A DNA stretch of 64,000 bases from assembly GCF_009914755.1 (NCBI RefSeq), contig NC_060927.1; one strand, given 5' to 3'. The first letter of the stretch is position 1; each line of letters begins with the position of its first letter. This DNA is from the human T2T-CHM13v2.0 reference genome, Homo sapiens. The notes beneath the pieces are model-generated. The model searched no databases. It had not been told where the DNA came from and saw nothing but the letters and a program-made list of their open reading frames with translations. Both the position numbers and the translations under genes were made by a program. Shown piece after piece: positions 19,280 to 32,400 of this stretch.

Positions 19280-20279
19280 CTTTATGGTTTTATCTACCTT
19301 TGGTCTTTGATGATGGTGACATATAGATGGGGTTTTGGTGTGGACGTCCTTTCTGTTTGGTAGTTTTCCTTCTAACAATCAGGACCCTCAGCTGCAGGTC
19401 TGTTGGAGTTTGCTGGAGGTCCACTTCAGATCCCGTTTGCCTGGGTATCACCAGCGGAAGCTGCAGAACAGCAAATATTGCAGAATGGCAGAAGTTGCTG
19501 CCTGATCCTTCTTCTGGAAGCTTCATCTCAGAGGGGCACCCGGCTGTATGAGGTGTCAGTCGGCCCCTACTGGGAGGTGTCTCCCAGTTAGACTACTTGG
19601 GGGTCAGGAACTCACTTGAGGAGGCAGTCTATCTGTTCTCAGATCTCAAACTCTGTGCTGGGAGAAGCACTATTCTCTTCAAAGCTGTCAGACAGGGACG
19701 TTTAGGTCTGCAGAAGTTTCTGCTGCCTTTTGTTCAGCTATGCCCTGCCCGCAGAGGTGGAGTCTACAGAGGCAGGCAGGCCTCCTTGAGCTGCGGTGGG
19801 AACCACCCAGTATGAGCTTCCAGGCTGCTTTGTTTACCTACTCAAGCCTCAGCAATGGGGGCCGCCCCTCCCCCAGCCTCACTGCCACCTTGCAGTTCAA
19901 TCTCAGACTGCTGTGCTGACAGTGAGCGAGGCTCCATGGGTGTAGGACCCTCCAAGCCAGGCACGGGATGTAATCTCCTGGTGTGCCATTTGCTAAGGCC
20001 ATTGGAAAAGTGCAGTATTAGGGTGGGAGTGTCCTGATTTTCCAGGTACTATCTGTCATAGCTTACCTTTGCTAGGAAAGGGTATTTCTCAATCCTTTGC
20101 GCTTCCTGGGTGAGGCAATGCCCCACCCTGCTCCATGGGCTGCACCCACTATCTGACAAACCCCCATGAGATGAACCTGGTACCTCAGTTGGAAATGCAG
20201 AAATCACCCGTCTTCTGCGTCACTCACGCTGGGAGCTGCAGACTGGAGCTGTTCCTATTCGGCCATCTTGGAACCTCCC
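19280..20279 (-). promoter_or_regulatory. L1 5'UTR internal promoter (sense and antisense) with YY1 motif
   Basis: caagatggcc YY1 site near the 5' end; typical L1PA 5'UTR sequence. Confidence 0.85.
19855..20037 (+). pseudogene. L1 antisense ORF0 homologue, truncated at 60 aa
   Basis: MGAAPPPASLPPCSSISDCC...GVGPSKPG...IRVGVS matches primate L1 ORF0. Confidence 0.85.
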
Positions 20280-20849
20280 AAACAGATCAAAAGACACCCT
20301 TAAGGTAAAATAATAGATTATAATACAAACAAGCACGAAAGACTCCCCTATATACTATGTAAATATCTTCATCAAATCAGTATAAAAATGTGGACAACTC
20401 AATAGAAAAATGAAAAAAAGATTTTAAAGGTACTTCACAAAAGAGAATACCCAAATGCCCAATAAATATATAAGACTTTAAACATTACAAATGATTAAGA
20501 AAATGTAAGTTAAAACAAAATGTGACACACACACAAACACAGACACACACTCTCTTTCTCACCAAAAATGTTAAAATTAAAAAGACAGATGATACTTTTT
20601 TTGCCCAAAATGTATTTAAATGGTAATTTCCAGACACTGATGGTAAGAGTCTTAATTGTTACACTTTGCAAAACTATTTTGTAGTATTTATAATCCTTTG
20701 GATTCAGTTTCCCATTGCTTCACAGGTGGCTCAGGTATGCTAAGTCGCTCTTAATTCCAGGTCTGTAGACATGCAGGGGCAGAGCTTCAGGGCGCTCAGG
20801 AGGTGACAGCTGAGACTCACTGGGGCAAAAATGGGGCAAAATAAATTAA

Positions 20850-21258
20850 CTCAAGCTATTATATCCATCAGCTCACTTAATTATTTTTCATGGTGACAAC
20901 TTGAAATTTACCCTTAGCTATTTTGAAATACACAATGCATTATTGTTGACTCTAATCACCCTGGTGTGCAATAGATCTCAAAAACATATTTCTCTTAACT
21001 GAAATTTTGTACCCTTTCATCAACAATGCCCCATTCCCTTCTCCTCTGCACCTTCTCAACCCCTATCTCTGGTAACTACCTTTCTACTCTGTACTTTTTT
21101 AGTTCAACTTTTTTTAGATGCCACATATAAATAAAATCATGTGATACATGTCTTTCTGTTCTTGGCTTATTTCACTTAGAATAATATCTTCCAGGTTCAT
21201 CCATGTCATTGCAAATGACAGAATTCCCTTTTATTATGGCTGAAGAGTATCCCGTATT
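20850..21258 (-). mobile_element. L1MA (about MA8-10) 3' fragment
   Basis: tgcaatagatctcaaaaacatatttctcttaactgaaattttgtaccc...ttggcttatttcacttagaataat. Confidence 0.8.
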
Positions 21259-21849
21259 CATTCTTTCCAGAACATCCTGCCAAGCCACTGCCAAATATCA
21301 TTGCATATTTTTACCTCAGGCCTCTTCCCACTTAAATGTAAATAATCAAGTTCATAACTCATAACTTTGTCTACTGAGTTTTAATTTTGTTTTTCTTCAA
21401 AGGCCCATGGTATAAAAGCAATCAATCTATAAAACCGGCAGAAATACTTTCTTTCCATGAGTCTGATATAGGGAATATTCAATGGGGCCACAGAGGTAAG
21501 TTGAGGGAGTGGCATCAGGCAACACAAGTAAGTGACTTGGGAATATGGCCTCTCCGTACATACTCAGGCCTAATTTCCATGCGTTATTTCCCTTCTACAA
21601 CAGGTTGTTGATGCACTCACCTGACCTTATAACATGATGCATCTTAAAGTAGATTACTCACGATTAGCAATTCTGTTTCCAGAATCTGTGGCTTAGTTTG
21701 GAAGGGGCTTGTCAACATGTCAAAAGAGAGTCTTCAAATGACAAGTAGTTCTCTGCTTTAGAAGGTATGGCTTGTTTCAGAAACTCAGAGTTTGTACTAC
21801 AATTTCCTATAGGGCCTTTTTAGAGCTTCAGTATATAACTTTAAAAACA

Positions 21850-22340
21850 ATTTCTATTTCAATAGTTTTTGGGGTACAGATGGTTTTTGGCTACATGGAT
21901 AACTTATTTAGTGGTGACTTCTGAAATTTTTGTGCACCCATCACACCAGCAGTATACACTGTACCCAATATGTAGTCTTTTATCACTCACCCCCAACCCA
22001 TCCTTGCCCCCAAGTCCTCAGGGTACATTCTGTCATTCTTATGCCTTTGCATCCTCATAGCTAGCTCCCACTTATAAGCAAGAACATATGATATTTGGTT
22101 CCATTCCTGAGTTATTTCACTTAGAATAATGGCCTCTAACTCTATCCAAGTTGCTGCAAAGGCCATTATTTCATTGTGTTTTATGGATGAGTAGTATTCC
22201 ATGGTGTAAATATACCACATTTTTTTAATCCCCGGATTGGTTGATGGGCATTTAGGTTGGTTCCATATTTTTGCAGTTGTGAATTCTGCTTCTATAAACA
22301 TGTGTGTGCATGTGTCTTTGTCATATAATGACTTCTTTAT
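21850..22340 (-). mobile_element. L1PB-type 3' fragment
   Basis: ttttggggtacagatggtttttggctacatggat 3'UTR; ORF2 end KIWNQPKCPS...MWYIYTMEYY. Confidence 0.88.
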
Positions 22341-22404
22341 TTAGTATGATGGGGTATGCTGAGGCACATGGCCCAATTGAAGGAGCAGTTTGAATTATGG
22401 CCCA

Positions 22405-22485
22405 GTACCTTCTAATACCATCACCTTGGAGATAAGGATTTCAACACATGAATTTGGGGTGGACATAAACATTCATACCATAGCA
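22405..22485 (-). mobile_element. MaLR (MLT1A/MST-like) LTR 5' fragment
   Basis: Reverse of tgctatggtatgaatgtttatgtccaccccaaattcatgtgttgaaatcc. Confidence 0.7.
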
Positions 22486-22630
22486 TGCTGCCTCCAGAAT
22501 CCAAATAAATTTGTCCCAAATGGATATTCCAGCTGACTCCAGGCCACTGGACCCCTAAATACTTCCTGATGTAGTTGACCTTTGAATATTTATGCAGTTA
22601 TCTCTTACCTCTTACCATATGTATATGTCA

Positions 22631-22675
<45 letters not shown>

Positions 22676-22683
22676 ATATATGG

Positions 22684-22760
22684 ACTACTTTGAAGTGAAT
22701 TTGAGTCTCAAAAGCTGAGGTAGGCAGATGCAGTTATTGCCAGTGGCTGTGTAGGGGGTA
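22684..22760 (+). repeat. 77-bp copy of 24472-24548 embedded in (TA)-rich filler
   Basis: Ungapped alignment, 70/77 identical by manual count. Confidence 0.93.
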
Positions 22761-24469
22761 TATATATCATATATATACCATATTAAGACATCTAGGATAT
22801 TTGCCAAAAGTTTGATTAAGCTATCAGCTATCATTAATATAGTGGTACAGCATATATTCTGTAGAAAGTCAAGATAACCAAAGTCTTGCAGACTATAGCA
22901 TGACAAAGAACAGGAATTAATTTAGACATTGGAGGAAACAATGAATGTATAATCTTTTCTTCCCATATAAACATGATCTGATGGGCCTTAATAAAAATGC
23001 TTTCTCCAGATCATTAGTCACATATAAATTGCCAGATATTTTGTTGATCTATTTCAGTAAACACACTGTATTTACCAGAGGAACCACATTTGAGGCTGCC
23101 AGTTGTTTGAGTTTTTGTTAGTCTACCATGATTTGCCAAATGCAACCGTTTTTTGTAGGAGCCAAACAAAAGCAACTGAAGTGGGTATATGACGAGGACT
23201 CTCATGTCTATATCTTTTAGGTTTTTGTTGGTGGCACTAATCTCTTCAGTTATTCCCGGGATACAATATTGTTCCTGTTTCACTGTCTTGGCTTCGGATA
23301 TATGGGGTTGGGGGAACAAGTTTTAGAGACTTTCACCTGACCATTTTTACTATAATGGTTCTTACTACACAGGTCAATGAACATGAAGGAAGCAAGGGAG
23401 TAGGCTATGCAGAATCTCTTAGTGTATTTTATTTGTAGATTCTAATCGTCATTCTACACCCCCACCTTTCCCTCCCATTTGTGCATTGCTCCCAGGGCTT
23501 GGAGGCACTCCAGGCACAATGAAATCATGAAGAGACCACCACCACCCATCCCAGTTTAACTCTCTTATTCACCACCACGCCTGCCATCTCCTTCTCTTCC
23601 TGCCTCCCTTCTTCGCACTATTCAAATTTAGTTCTAACACAAAATAAAGTTTGGCATTGGTCATCGGCAACCTTTCTTCCTCATCCCTGCCCTCCCCATT
23701 TTACCAGTGCTTCTCCTTCACGCCAACCTCTCCCAGTGCTTAGAGGCTTGTGAGAGGAGATTAAACTAATCCCATCCACCGACAAGCTCACTAAGCAGTT
23801 CCTGAGTAAAGTCCAAAATTCCTGCCAAGCAATAGAGCTGGGGGTGGGGAGAGAATTAATGTAACAATCAGCACATTATAGCAATAACTTTTCCATGAAA
23901 ATTCTTTCCCTTTCAATAATCCCAAAGTCAGGAGAAAGTATGAAGCATGGAGTGTATGCGGGGAGTGGGAATATAAAGACAATTTGTTTTACTTTTCTTT
24001 TTCTTATTAAACATAAATTAAACAACTAAGTATGTTGGCACCACCACACTGTTTTTTGAAAAGTAATTTAACATACCCCCTTTCTTCATAAAAAGGGAAT
24101 GAGTATGTAAATAGCCAAAATTTAAGTGGTTTTGGATTAGTTCATTTGCTAAGTAATACTTAAGAAAGTAGCATTAGAACTACTGGACAGGCGTAAAGCA
24201 ATTTGGGAGCATTTTGCCAGCAGCATATTGATGCCCACGTCTGTAGCTCCAGTTCTGAGATAAGTCATCACTCCATCTGCGGAGAGTATAACAGCAGGTT
24301 TCTCACTGTTCTTACTCCACTACCTTGGTTCATTCATCCAGTGTACATGAGTCTCTCCAGAATAGAAGCTGAGAAAAATAATCTGATAGGCAACATTTAA
24401 ATCAGTATCTTGAATCCCTTCAGCTTTCCCCACATTAGGACTCTAGTTTTATTTTTATATTTTTTCAAG

Positions 24470-24545
24470 GAACTACTGTGAAATGAATTTGAGTCTCAAA
24501 AGCTGAGGTAGGCCAAGGCAGTCACTGCCAGTGGCTGTGTAGGGG
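24470..24545 (+). other. Candidate 76-nt exon (probably non-coding)
   Basis: Pyrimidine tract ttttatatttttttcaag|G acceptor and GGG|gtaaga donor; no transcript evidence. Confidence 0.3.
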
Positions 24546-25829
24546 GTAAGAAATTTCTATTCAAATAATGGTGAATGCAACTGATGGTGTTAAAAAAAAA
24601 AAGTGTGAGGGCTTCAGAGCAAAGTTTAGCCTCAAGGGTAAAATCCATGGTTCTTGGCATTCATTATGCCAAAGAATTCCATGTTAAAACAAAATGGAAG
24701 AGTTAAAAATAAACAAACAAAAAGAGCTCCAAAGACACAGCTGAAAGGCTGAAGCCATATTGAGGGTAAAACCAATAGAAGTATCAGATGGTACTTTCTA
24801 GAACAAGTAAGAGAAGGTCTTAACCCACTCTGCTAGCCTTTATGAAAAAGTCCTTCTAACAGTCCCGCTCTCTCCACCCCTGAAAAACAGAGAATTGTAT
24901 TTAGAAAGGCATTTAGACCACAGTTATGCAATGTCAGCCTGCCCAAAGCTGGCAATGAATCGTTTCCAAATACTCTCATGGTTTCCTGAGAAACTTTAGA
25001 AAGAAAATATCCAAACACTTCATTTGATTTTCACTTTATTATATATATGTTTCTGGTCAGCCAGCCTTGAAAAAAGTCAGGCCCTGGTGAATCCTTGTTG
25101 TATCTTGGTTATGCACAGGAAAAAAAATAAAAACCATTACAATTTTGACAAATGTTTACTGGACACCTGTCTTTGGGAAATCACTATCTTTGGGAAAAGA
25201 TCTCTGAACCCAGGAAGTACAGCTATGCAAATACTCTTGTATTATAATTGTTTTTATAGTTAAATTTTTAAACATCAAATGTATACACATTATTCTACTT
25301 TGAACAGAGGTAGTATGAGGATAAATGATATACTATATGGATTATTTCAGGCATATTTCATATAGTCAATGGGAAGAATAATTTGATATTTTTGTACAAT
25401 ATTCTTATATTTCAGTTGTGAAATTCTAAGTATTATAAGCCATACAAATTTGCCTGGAACAATGCAATTCATGATGTACTTTGATATGTACTGTCTTTAT
25501 TGATTTTTACAATTTCTGGAATACAAAGAACATGAAATAACTATTGATGAGAACGCCAGAGACTATAACAGAGCATTTTTTTTCTAGGTCCTGTGATCTT
25601 ATTACAACCTACTGAGTGATAACTAAGTGAGGACTCATTAGCTGGCTCTAATCCAACTGATATGTGCCTCCTAGCAGACAGCATCTTCAGCTTAACTTTG
25701 GGTGTTCTGCAGGGAGGATAAAGAGAAGCCTCAGGGAAATACACTCCTTAGGTATATTCTTTATTTCAAATAAAGCTGCTAGTTTAATCACCTCTCTAAG
25801 TCTCTCTCTCCCTTGTTACCTTCCTTTCT

Positions 25830-26990
25830 TTCAGAAATATTTATTTTTAACTCATATGATGAACCAGCCTGAGGATATAGCATTGAACATAACAAAGTTC
25901 CTACCTGATAGAATGTATAAACTCATACAATAAGCCAATAAAGTGATAAAAGCATAATGTAATAGGTAGTGACAATATTGTGGAGAGAAATAAATTAATA
26001 TAAGGGAGCAAGGAAGGGATAGGATTATAACATTTTAGAGTGGTCAGGAGAGGCTCCTCTAATGAGGTGACATCTGAGCAGAAACCCAGTAGAACCAAGG
26101 GAACAAATTATGCTGATGTCTAAACAAGAAATTTCAGACAGATGGAGCAGGTGCATGCCAAGAACTAAAAGCATGTTTCCTGTTTTTGAGGAACAGGAGG
26201 GAGCCACTGTGGCTGGAGGGGAACAGGTCAGGGGCATGGGGACATGTGGGTGTAAAGGCACAAGTGCAAAGAGCTTGGGTCACAGAAGGCCTTGTATGGC
26301 TTTGTAAAGACTTTGGCTTTCACTCTGAATGAGATGGTGAACCACTGGAAGATTTTGCACAAAGGAGAGATGTGATCTTATTTATTCTTTTCAAGGATCT
26401 CTAGGCCTGCTGGTTGAAAACGATCTGTAGGGGGCAAGAATGGAAGCACCCCGCCAAGTGGCTACTGTAACTCCAGATGGGAGATCATGGTGACTTCAAC
26501 AAGGAGCGTAGTGGTAGAGATGGTTAGAAAGTGTTTAGATTTTGGATATATATTAAGTTGAACCATTTGAAATGAATGTTTTTATAGGTTAAAGATGGTG
26601 AAAGATTGACAATTTCATATGGTTCCACATAATACTTGAAGGTTATGCCAAAATGCCAGAAATATCTTGTGATGGATTGGACTTACTGTGTGAGAAACAG
26701 AAACACATCAAGGTTAACTGCAAGGTTTTTGAACTGAGCTCAAATGGAAGAATCTCTAAGATGAAAAGGGATGGTGGAGAATGGGTTTATAAAGGATAAT
26801 CAGCAAGTTATCTTTAACATATCATGTGAAAATATCAAGTGGGCAGCTAGATAAATGATTCCAGAGCTTGGAGATTTGTCCGAGTTGGGTATATAAATTT
26901 AAGAGTATACTATATAGTCATTTCAAAGCCATGAGATAGATCAGCAGAGAGACAGCATGAGATTACTTATCTCATGAGTGTACATAAAGA
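25830..26990 (-). mobile_element. L2 LINE fragment
   Basis: agtggtcaggagaggctcctctaatgaggtgacatctgagcaga, ctttggctttcactctgaatgagatgg typical of reverse L2. Confidence 0.85.
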
Positions 26991-27009
26991 ATATTATCAG
27001 ACTAATCTC

Positions 27010-27605
27010 TAAGATTCTGGTTTCAAACCCATCTATGCCACTTACTATTTGTGCTTAAGAAGCTCCTTAAGTGTTTGTGTAGCTTAGTTTCCACATCTGT
27101 AAAATAGATATAAGGATATTAGCCCTCACATCACAGGGTCAGTGTAAGAATTGAATGAGTTAATGTGTTTAAAGTACTGTTATTATTTGAATGTATGTGT
27201 CCTTCTAAAATTCATATGTTGAAATTTAAACCCAATATGAAAGTATTAAGAAGTGGGGGCCTTTAAGAGGTGACTAAATCTTGAGGGCAGAATCTTCATG
27301 AATGGGATTATCAATTTTATAAAATGAAGCAGGCTAGTCCCTTTTGCCCTTATTCTCTTTTTCCTTTGTGCCATGCGAGGACATGGTATTCATCCCTTCT
27401 GTCATGAGAGGACGCAGCAAGAAGACTCTCACAAGACATCAAATTCCCCTACACGTTGATCTTGGACTTCCAGCCTTTAGAATTATTAAAATAAATTTCT
27501 CTTCTTTGCAATTTACCCAGTCTCAGGTGTTTTGTTATGGCAGCAAGAATGGACTAAGGCAATTATTTAGAATAGTGCCTGATGTATAAGTGCTATGTAG
27601 TTATT
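27010..27605 (+). mobile_element. MIR split by a MaLR LTR
   Basis: cttagtttccacatctgtaaaat core before the LTR and ttagaatagtgcctg after it. Confidence 0.7.
27178..27561 (+). mobile_element. MaLR solo LTR (MST/MLT1A-like)
   Basis: TG...CA ends; cttggacttccagcct, aaataaatttctc, ggactaaggca. Confidence 0.85.
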
Positions 27606-28034
27606 AATTTTTACATATCCTTAGCATCTAAGAGATGGACAAAATTATGTCAGATGATTCAAAACTAATGCTATATTAAAATAAAAAGCTACAAGGCACT
27701 TCACCTTTAGCCATAACATATTAGCATTTTTATAAGGGGTAAATCACAATTCTCGATTCATTTCCATAGTTCTTGCAGTTAGAAGAATCAATAGCAATAT
27801 GATGGTTTTCCATCCAAGCTTTGAGGGCTGTGAGTCTCTGTCTGTTTCTATGCCTCCATGGTGTTATTTTGCAGTAAAGCCAGGAGAGAATCTACCATAT
27901 CATACTCACCAGATGCCAATATAAACTGAAAACTTATGTGATATTGTGAAGATCAAAAAATTATCATTTATTAAGCTTCTGCTCTCTGTAGGAAACTGTG
28001 ATAAATAGGTAGTATGAAGAAGATAAACATCAGT

Positions 28035-28270
28035 CGCAGTGTAGTATGGTGATATTCAGAAAATACTTTTTAGTCAAACAGAACTGTAACTGAGTCGTGG
28101 CTTCCCCTTGCCATGGGGAAATACATTTAACATGCCTGAGCCTCAGATTTCTCATCTGTAAAATAGCAATAATAATTTTAGTTCATAATGCAGTTGTCAT
28201 ATTACATTAAATAATGCATGTGAAACTTTCGATATGGTGGCTAGCACATTATAGTTACTCAATATAAGTT
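28035..28270 (+). mobile_element. MIR
   Basis: ctgagcctcagatttctcatctgtaaaat core. Confidence 0.75.
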
Positions 28271-28662
28271 TGCTTTAACAGGATAAAAAAGAAAGTGCCA
28301 CAAAAGCAAAATACTGTTCAGACTTTCTTACAAGTTAAGTAATTAATGAAAAAATTATATATAGATATAGGTATAGTTACAGATATAGATGTAGAAAGAT
28401 ATACATACCACAGGAGTATAGGAGAGAAAGACATGTTTTTTTCCCCAGGAGTTTTCAAAGAGAAAGGGGGCTCCAAGTAAAGATAGAACTACATAGTTTA
28501 TTGTAAGAGAGAGAGCATCAGCAATGAGAAAGAATTCTCGTGGTGTTTAACGGGGAAATATACATATTTTGGCCAAAGTGAAAAAGTTTGAGGGTGAGAA
28601 TATAGAGAATAGAACACTCCCCTGCTTGTAAGCCCTCAATGACTTTCAAATAACAAAGATAC

Positions 28663-29198
28663 TGTGATGATTAAGGTTATACATCAATTTGTCCAGCCCA
28701 TGGCATGCCCAGATATTTTGTCAACCATCATTCTGAATGTTTCTGTGAGGGTGATTTTGGATGAGCTTTATATTTAAATCAATAGACTAATTAAAGCAGA
28801 TTGCCCTCCCTAATATGAGTAGGCCTCATCCAGTCAGTTGGAGCCCTGAATAGAACAAATGGACTGACCCTTCACTAAGTAAGAGAAAATTCCCCTTGCT
28901 TGAGTGCCTTTGAACTGCGACATTGGGTTTTTCCTGCCTTTGGACTCTAACCAATACATTGATTTTTCCTGGGTGTTAATCCTGCTGGCATTTGGACTAG
29001 AACTACATTATAGGGTCTTCTGATTCTCAGGCCTTAAAACTTGAACTAGAATACATCATCAGTTCTGAATGCTTAGCTTCCTGTCTCATTGCAGATCTTG
29101 GGACTTGTCAGTCTCCATAATTGATTAAGCCAATTCCTTATAATAAATCTCTAACATGTACATCTTATTGTTCTGTTTCTTTGGCAAACCCTAATACA
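28663..29198 (+). mobile_element. MLT2 (ERV-L) solo LTR
   Basis: tgtgatg...ctaataca; aaagcagattgccctccctaat motif; 5-bp TSD gatac/gatat. Confidence 0.88.
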
Positions 29199-29494
29199 GA
29201 TATAAAATCCAAAATCTTTATTAGAACTAAAAATACCCATTAAATTTGTTTCTAATCAATCATTTTCCAGTGTTATCTCTCACTGCATTTATTAAATATT
29301 TTTGAGTGACTACAAGAAATGTTCTCGTATCCGGAGTACAGATCAAGATCTACATGGAAATTAAACCCCTCTCCAGCCCCATGGGGATAATTTTAACAAG
29401 TCTAAGTCAGTTCTGGTGATTTCATTCCCTTAGCCATTTAATGGTTTAAAAATGGACACAAAATACAATTTTTGCCAATGAGATCTAATTAACC

Positions 29495-32400
29495 TGCAAT
29501 TAGGTAGCTGACTAAATACCACAGGGAATGGTGTGACATCAGGAACCCAGTGTTCTCTGTTGCTGGCAGTTTGCCTACTCAGCAGTGGCTGTAGCCACTG
29601 CAAATACATGTTTTAGGGCCCACGCATAACCTTCATCTCTTCAACCATGGACATGTTGTTTATGAGCTGATTGGGGAATTACAAGAGTGGCTAAGGAAAG
29701 AGGCTATCTAGTATTCACGGAACTAGTCTTCCTAGTCACTTGATTAAGGTCTTCCTCTTCGGAGGTCACTCTTTGGTGAGCATTCAAATGAAATACGAAT
29801 ATTATCATTATTTTCACCTAATAACACATGCAATCCCCAGATCTCTTTGTCATCAATTTTCTTCCAGCTCCCTGACTAACAAGTTAAATCATCGACCACA
29901 GACCATGGATCAGTATACAATCACACACCTGGCTGTTTCTCCTTCCAAGCAAGATAAACAACCAGATGCTCTGAGTTCCGCCTACTTTGAGGATTTTCCT
30001 TCACCATTGTCCTTCAGGGATGTCCCTGAAAAGGGCTATAGTGCTGTAGCTGTTCACTTCTGGGTGGTGATGATATATCACTCAGAGCTACCTGTATACC
30101 AGGCCCAAGTTTTCTCTTCTTTTATCAACTGATACGGGAAACTCCCCATGAGGCCATAGATACAGGCCAGAAGAAAAAAGGTAATAAAGCAGGAGTAGGG
30201 ATAATGTTTATTAGTTCATTCTCACACTGCTGTAAAGACATACCTGAGACTGGGTAACGTATAAAGAAAAGAATTTTAATCAGCTCATCATTCTGCAGAC
30301 TGTGCACATAGCATGGCTGGGAGGCCTCAGGAAACTTACAATCATGGCAGAAGGTGAAGGGGAAGCAGGCACGTCCTACAACCAGATCTCATGAGAACTC
30401 TCACTATCACAAGAACAGCAAGAGGAAAATCCACCCCTATGATCCAATCGCCTTTCACTAATTCACTCTCCCAACATTGAGGATTACAATTCAATGTGAG
30501 ATTTGGTTGGGAACACAGAGCCAAAACATATCAGTTACTTAGGCCACTTTTTAGTGTAATTTACTTGTGCCTTCGAGGCTTGTTTGAGTCCAGTTTCACA
30601 TATACCACTTCCATTACATCATGGATTGCTGCCATGCATGCCCAACTTTATGGCTTGTTGTGTCAGACAACATTCAGTTCAAATAGGCAGCTCAGGTCAC
30701 ATAGTAACTCTGTGGTTAAGTGTTTAGCATCTACTAAGGCCTAGTAGCAGGCCAAAAGCAGTTTCTTAAAAGGAGAGTAAGAATCCACAGAGTAGTAGGC
30801 CTTTGGTGTAAAATGTTTAGAGTCTACACTGTGATTCACATCTAGGGACATGCCTAAGCCTCTGAAGTGGCCCTGTCTGCTACTGCCACTTCAGGCACTA
30901 TTAGATCTGCTGGATGGATCATATGATCCAAGTGACAGAGTGGCTTGCAAGGAAGGCTAGACCTATTGCAGAGCCTTTTCTTGTTCTGTGTTGCACTAAA
31001 AACAAGCACCTTTTTAGATCACTTGGTAAATGGGCCACAGTAGCATATCTAAGTATGTTGCCTCCAAAATTCAAAGAATTCCACTGGACATTGTATTTCC
31101 TTTTAGCTTGTAGGAGAGGCTTAATGAAACAATTTATCCTTCACCTTAGAAAAGACATTTTGACAGGTGCCACACCACTGGACTCAGGGATTTTACTGAG
31201 GTAAAAGTTCCCTGAATTTATGTCAGATTTATTTATCAGCGTATGACATGTAACTGTCTTACCAATAAGTCTAGAGTAGTTGCTACTTCTTACTTTCTGG
31301 GGCCAATCAGCATAACATAATCATTGTTATAAACCAGTGCAATATCTTGTGGAAGGGTAAGACAGACAAGATCCCTACAAATTAAATTATGACATAGGGC
31401 TGGAGAGTTGATATACCTCTGAGGCAGGACAGGGAGGGGGTATTGCTGAACTTGCCAATGGAAATCACACTGTTTCTGATGTCTTTTTGCTAACAGGTAG
31501 GGAAAAAATGCATTTGCCTTATGAATAGCTGCAAACCAGGTACCAGAACATGTGTTAATTTGCTCAGCAGTGCAACAGCAATTTTAGTTGGATTCACTAC
31601 CTGGTTAAGTTTGTGAAAACCCACTGTCATTCTCCAAAATACACATTTTCTGCATAAACCCAACAGGTCAGTTGAATGGGATGTGGTGGGAATCAGCATC
31701 TCTACATCCTTAAAATCTGATGGTGGCACTAATATTTGTAATTCCTTCTGGAATGCTGTATTGTTTTGGGGTAATTATTTTTTAGAGGTAGAGGTAGTTC
31801 TAGGGGCTTCCACTTGGTCTTCCCACCATAATAGTTGCCATTCCATGGGTCAAGGAACCAATGTGGAGATTCTGCCAGTGGCTGGATATGTCTATTCCAC
31901 TTATGAATTCCAACATTGAGGAAATAACCACAGAACCTGGGAACCCACTGAATACTTTGTGAGATACATCTAGGCTAAAACTCCATTGATCATCTAACCT
32001 TCATAAGCCACTACTCTGACTTGTAGGTCACAGTAACATTTTTGAATCTCCTTAATTTAGTGTCAGTTTGGAGCCATTGTCTGGTAGTCTCAGAAAAATT
32101 TAAGATTTCCTTTACCCCAATGTTCAGTTACCCTTGTCAAAAGCCATAGGCCCCTTTTAGGAAGACTGAGGTAAAGGTCAATGATAGAAATTTTGGGCAG
32201 TACAGCAAAGTTCATCCTCCAGAGGATCTGGTCTCCCCTTTATTCAAAGGGTCCTGGGTCTGTAAACTGACTTAAGTTTGGCAATTTATTGGCCGTGGAT
32301 CTGTTTTATGATACATGTTAGACTTTAGTTCAGTTGATCTAGAACTTTTCTGCTATATAGACCAAGGAACAATTCAATAGATTATTCCTCTACTTCACTT

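Larger units (their letters stand above)
21260..23400 (-). mobile_element. Highly decayed ERV-L-type internal (pol) sequence, interrupted
   Basis: ORF 23014..23319 QEQYCIPGITEEISATNKNLKD resembles the ERV-L RT N-terminus (QYRIPGGIAEISATIKDLKD). Confidence 0.65.

Noticed and set aside
24150-24400. Minus-strand coding exons (FYSGETHVHWMNEP; DGVMTYLRTG...)
   Set aside because: Splice-like signals are weak or unpaired and no recognisable protein.
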